A stretch of 64,000 nucleotides of DNA from Heptranchias perlo (lineage: Eukaryota), in NCBI RefSeq assembly GCF_035084215.1, contig NC_090359.1, forward strand, positions 20,832,001-20,896,000, read 5' to 3'. The notes beneath the pieces are model-generated. The model had not been told where the DNA came from. It was given only the letters and a program-made list of their open reading frames with translations, and made no database searches. Below are positions 60,298 through 64,000 of this stretch, in pieces (within the stretch, counting starts at the first letter, position 1; the number at the start of each line of letters is the position of its first letter). A program made the position numbers and the translations under genes.

Positions 60298-63200
60298 GCT
60301 GTGTTTACACTGTATCTGGAGTGAGTCCGGGTCCCAGTCAGGGCCGTGTTTACACTGTATCTGGAGTGAGTCCGGGTCCCAGTCAGGGCCGTGTTTACAC
60401 TGTATCTGGAGTGAGTCTGGGTCCCAGTCAGGGCTGTGTTTACAGTGTATCTGGAGTGAGTCCGGGTCCCAGTCAGGGCCGTGTTTACACTGTATCTGGA
60501 GTGAGTCCGGGTCCCAGTCAGGGCCGTGTTTACACTGTATCTGGAGTGAGTCTGGGTCCCAGTCAGGGCCGTGTTTACACTGTATCTGGAGTGAGTCCGG
60601 GTCCCGTTCAGGGCTGTGTTTACAGTGTATCTGGAGTGAGTCCGGGTCCCAGTCAGGGCTGTGTTTACACTGTATCTGGAGTGATCTGGGTCCCAGTCAG
60701 GGCTGTGTTTACACTGTATCTGGAGTGAGTCTGGGTCCCAGTCAGAGCCGTGTTTACACTGTATCTGGAGTGAGTCCGGGTCCCAGTCAGGGCTGTGTTT
60801 ACACTGTATCTGGAGTGACTCTGGGTCCCAGTCAGAGCTTGTTTACAGTGTATCTGGAGTGAGTCTGGGTCCCAGTCAGGGCTGTGTTTACACTGTATCT
60901 GGAGTGAGTCTGGGTCCCAGTCAGGGCTGTGTTTACACTGTATCTGGAGTGAGTCCGGGTCCCAGTCAGGGCCGTGTTTACACTGTATCTGGAGTGAGTC
61001 CGGGTCCCAGTCAGGGCCGTGTTTACACTGTATCTGGAGTGAGTCTGGGTCCCAGTCAGGGCTGTGTTTACAGTGTATCTGGAGTGAGTCCGGGTCCCAG
61101 TCAGGGCCGTGTTTACACTGTATCTGGAGTGAGTCCGGGTCCCAGTCAGGGCCGTGTTTACACTGTATCTGGAGTGAGTCTGGGTCCCAGTCAGGGCCGT
61201 GTTTACACTGTATCTGGAGTGAGTCCGGGTCCCGTTCAGGGCTGTGTTTACAGTGTATCTGGAGTGAGTCCGGGTCCCAGTCAGGGCCGTGTTTACACTG
61301 TATCTGGAGTGATCTGGGTCCCAGTCAGGGCTGTGTTTACACTGTATCTGGAGTGAGTCTGGGTCCCAGTCAGAGCCGTGTTTACACTGTATCTGGAGTG
61401 AGTCCGGGTCCCAGTCAGGGCTGTGTTTACACTGTATCTGGAGTGACTCTGGGTCCCAGTCAGGGCTGTGTTTACACTGTATCTGGAGTGACTCTGGGTC
61501 CCAGTCAGAGCTTGTTTACAGTGTATCTGGAGTGAGTCTGGGTCCCAGTCAGGGCTGTGTTTACACTGTATCTGGAGTGAGTCTGGGTCCCAGTCAGGGC
61601 TGTGTTTACAGTGTATCTGGAGTGAGTCCGGGTCCCAGTCAGGGCCGTGTTTACACTGTATCTGGAGTGAGTCCGGGTCCCAGTCAGGGCCGTGTTTACA
61701 CTGTATCTGGAGTGAGTCTGGGTCCCAGTCAGGGCCGTGTTTACACTGTATCTGGAGTGAGTCCGGGTCCCGTTCAGGGCTGTGTTTACAGTGTATCTGG
61801 AGTGAGTCCGGGTCCCAGTCAGGGCTGTGTTTACACTGTATCTGGAGTGATCTGGGTCCCAGTCAGGGCTGTGTTTACACTGTATCTGGAGTGAGTCTGG
61901 GTCCCAGTCAGAGCCGTGTTTACACTGTATCTGGAGTGAGTCCGGGTCCCAGTCAGGGCTGTGTTTACACTGTATCTGGAGTGAGTCCGGGTCCCGTTCA
62001 GGGCTGTGTTTACAGTGTATCTGGAGTGAGTCCTGGTCCCAGTCAGGGCCGTGTTTACACTGTATCTGGAGTGAGTCCGGGTCCCAGTCAGGGCCGTGTT
62101 TACACTGTATCTGGAGTGAGTCCGGGTCCCAGTCAGGGCCGTGTTTACACTGTATCTGGAGTGAGTCCGGGTCCCAGTCAGGGCCGTGTTTACACTGTAT
62201 CTGGAGTGAGTCTGGGTCCCAGTCAGGGCTGTGTTTACAGTGTATCTGGAGTGAGTCCGGGTCCCAGTCAGGGCCGTGTTTACACTGTATCTGGAGTGAG
62301 TCCGGGTCCCAGTCAGGGCCGTGTTTACACTGTATCTGGAGTGAGTCTGGGTCCCAGTCAGGGCCGTGTTTACACTGTATCTGGAGTGAGTCCGGGTCCC
62401 GTTCAGGGCTGTGTTTACAGTGTATCTGGAGTGAGTCCGGGTCCCAGTCAGGGCTGTGTTTACACTGTATCTGGAGTGATCTGGGTCCCAGTCAGGGCTG
62501 TGTTTACACTGTATCTGGAGTGAGTCTGGGTCCCAGTCAGAGCCGTATTTACACTGTATCTGGAGTGAGTCCGGGTCCCAGTCAGGGCTGTGTTTACACT
62601 GTATCTGGAGTGACTCTGGGTCCCAGTCAGGGCTGTGTTTACACTGTATCTGGAGTGACTCTGGGTCCCAGTCAGAGCTTGTTTACAGTGTATCTGGAGT
62701 GAGTCTGGGTCCCAGTCAGGGCTGTGTTTACACTGTATCTGGAGTGAGTCTGGGTCCCAGTCAGGGCTGTGTTTACACTGTATCTGGAGTGAGTCCGGGT
62801 CCCAGTCAGGGCCGTGTTTACACTGTATCTGGAGTGAGTCCGGGTCCCAGTCAGGGCCGTGTTTACACTGTATCTGGAGTGAGTCTGGGTCCCAGTCAGG
62901 GCTGTGTTTACAGTGTATCTGGAGTGAGTCCGGGTCCCAGTCAGGGCCGTGTTTACACTGTATCTGGAGTGAGTCCGGGTCCCAGTCAGGGCCGTGTTTA
63001 CACTGTATCTGGAGTGAGTCTGGGTCCCAGTCAGGGCCGTGTTTACACTGTATCTGGAGTGAGTCCGGGTCCCGTTCAGGGCTGTGTTTACAGTGTATCT
63101 GGAGTGAGTCCGGGTCCCAGTCAGGGCTGTGTTTACACTGTATCTGGAGTGATCTGGGTCCCAGTCAGGGCTGTGTTTACACTGTATCTGGAGTGAGTCT

Positions 63201-64000
63201 GGGTCCCAGTCAGAGCCGTGTTTACACTGTATCTGGAGTGAGTCCGGGTCCCAGTCAGGGCTGTGTTTACACTGTATCTGGAGTGACTCTGGGTCCCAGT
63301 CAGGGCTGTGTTTACACTGTATCTGGAGTGACTCTGGGTCCCAGTCAGAGCTTGTTTACAGTGTATCTGGAGTGAGTCTGGGTCCCAGTCAGGGCTGTGT
63401 TTACACTGTATCTGGAGTGAGTCTGGGTCCCAGTCAGGGCTGTGTTTACACTGCATCTGGAGTGAGTCCAGGTCCTAGTCAGGGCTGTGTTTACACTGTA
63501 TCTGGAGTGAGTCCGGGTCCCAGTCAGGGCTGTGTTTACACTGTATCTGGAGTGAGTCCAGGTCCTAGTCAGGGCTGTGTTTACACTGTATCTGGAGTGA
63601 GTCTGAGTCCCAGTCAGAGCTTGTTTACACTGTATCTGGAGTGAGTCCGGGTCCCAGTCAGAGCTGTGTTTACACTGTATCTGGAGTGAGTCCGGGTCCC
63701 AGTCAGAGCTTTTTTTACACTGTATCTGGAGTGAGTCTGGGTTCCAGTCAGGGCTGTGTTTACACTGTATCTGGAGTGAGTCCTGGTCCCAGTCAGGGCC
63801 GTGTTTACACTGTATCTGGAGTGAGTCCGGGTCCCAGTCAGGGCTGTGTTTACAGTGTATCTGGAGTGAGTCCGGGTCCCAGTCAGGGCCGTGTTTACAC
63901 TGTATCTGGAGTGAGTCCGGGTCCCAGTCAGGGCCGTGTTTACACTGTATCTGGAGTGAGTCCGGGTCCCAGTCAGGGCCGTGTTTACACTGTATCTGGA
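60298..64000. repeat. 45-bp minisatellite (~82 units), running off the window end
   Basis: gtgtttacactgtatctggagtgagtccgggtcccagtcagggcY. Confidence 0.98.

Noticed and set aside
60321-63644. (SPGPSQGRVYTVSGV)n ORFs
   Set aside because: 45-bp repeat translation with regular frameshifting units and no true start.

Overview
Repeat-rich vertebrate genomic DNA. The repeat content (CR1 and L2 LINEs, tRNA-headed Deu-type SINEs, Tx1, Penelope-like termini, a 63-67 bp tandem repeat) suggests a cartilaginous fish, by inference. Positions 1-26.9 kb hold a head-to-tail tandem array of four intact 9-exon ZP3 (zona pellucida/egg-envelope) genes on the minus strand. The array is a ~15.1 kb higher-order dimer: a short spacer alternates with a long spacer carrying a 2.25 kb LINE insertion. 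It probably continues left of the window. The array shows signs of concerted evolution: mosaic, almost purely non-synonymous variation in exon 7, a chimeric terminal copy with a divergent promoter and N-terminus, a stop-loss copy ending in the poly(A) signal, and a divergence island around the LINE. Each spacer has a convergent pair of CTCF-like motifs fused to a variable 27-bp palindromic minisatellite. Positions 27-53 kb are TE debris with further CTCF-like sites and an 11-kb 39-bp minisatellite. At 53.6-53.9 kb is a promoter plus a 52-nt signal-peptide exon on the + strand that resembles exon 1 of an EphB receptor (EPHB4-like). The rest of the window is probably its first intron, with G-rich and 45-bp minisatellites. 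All coordinates and comparisons were read by eye.
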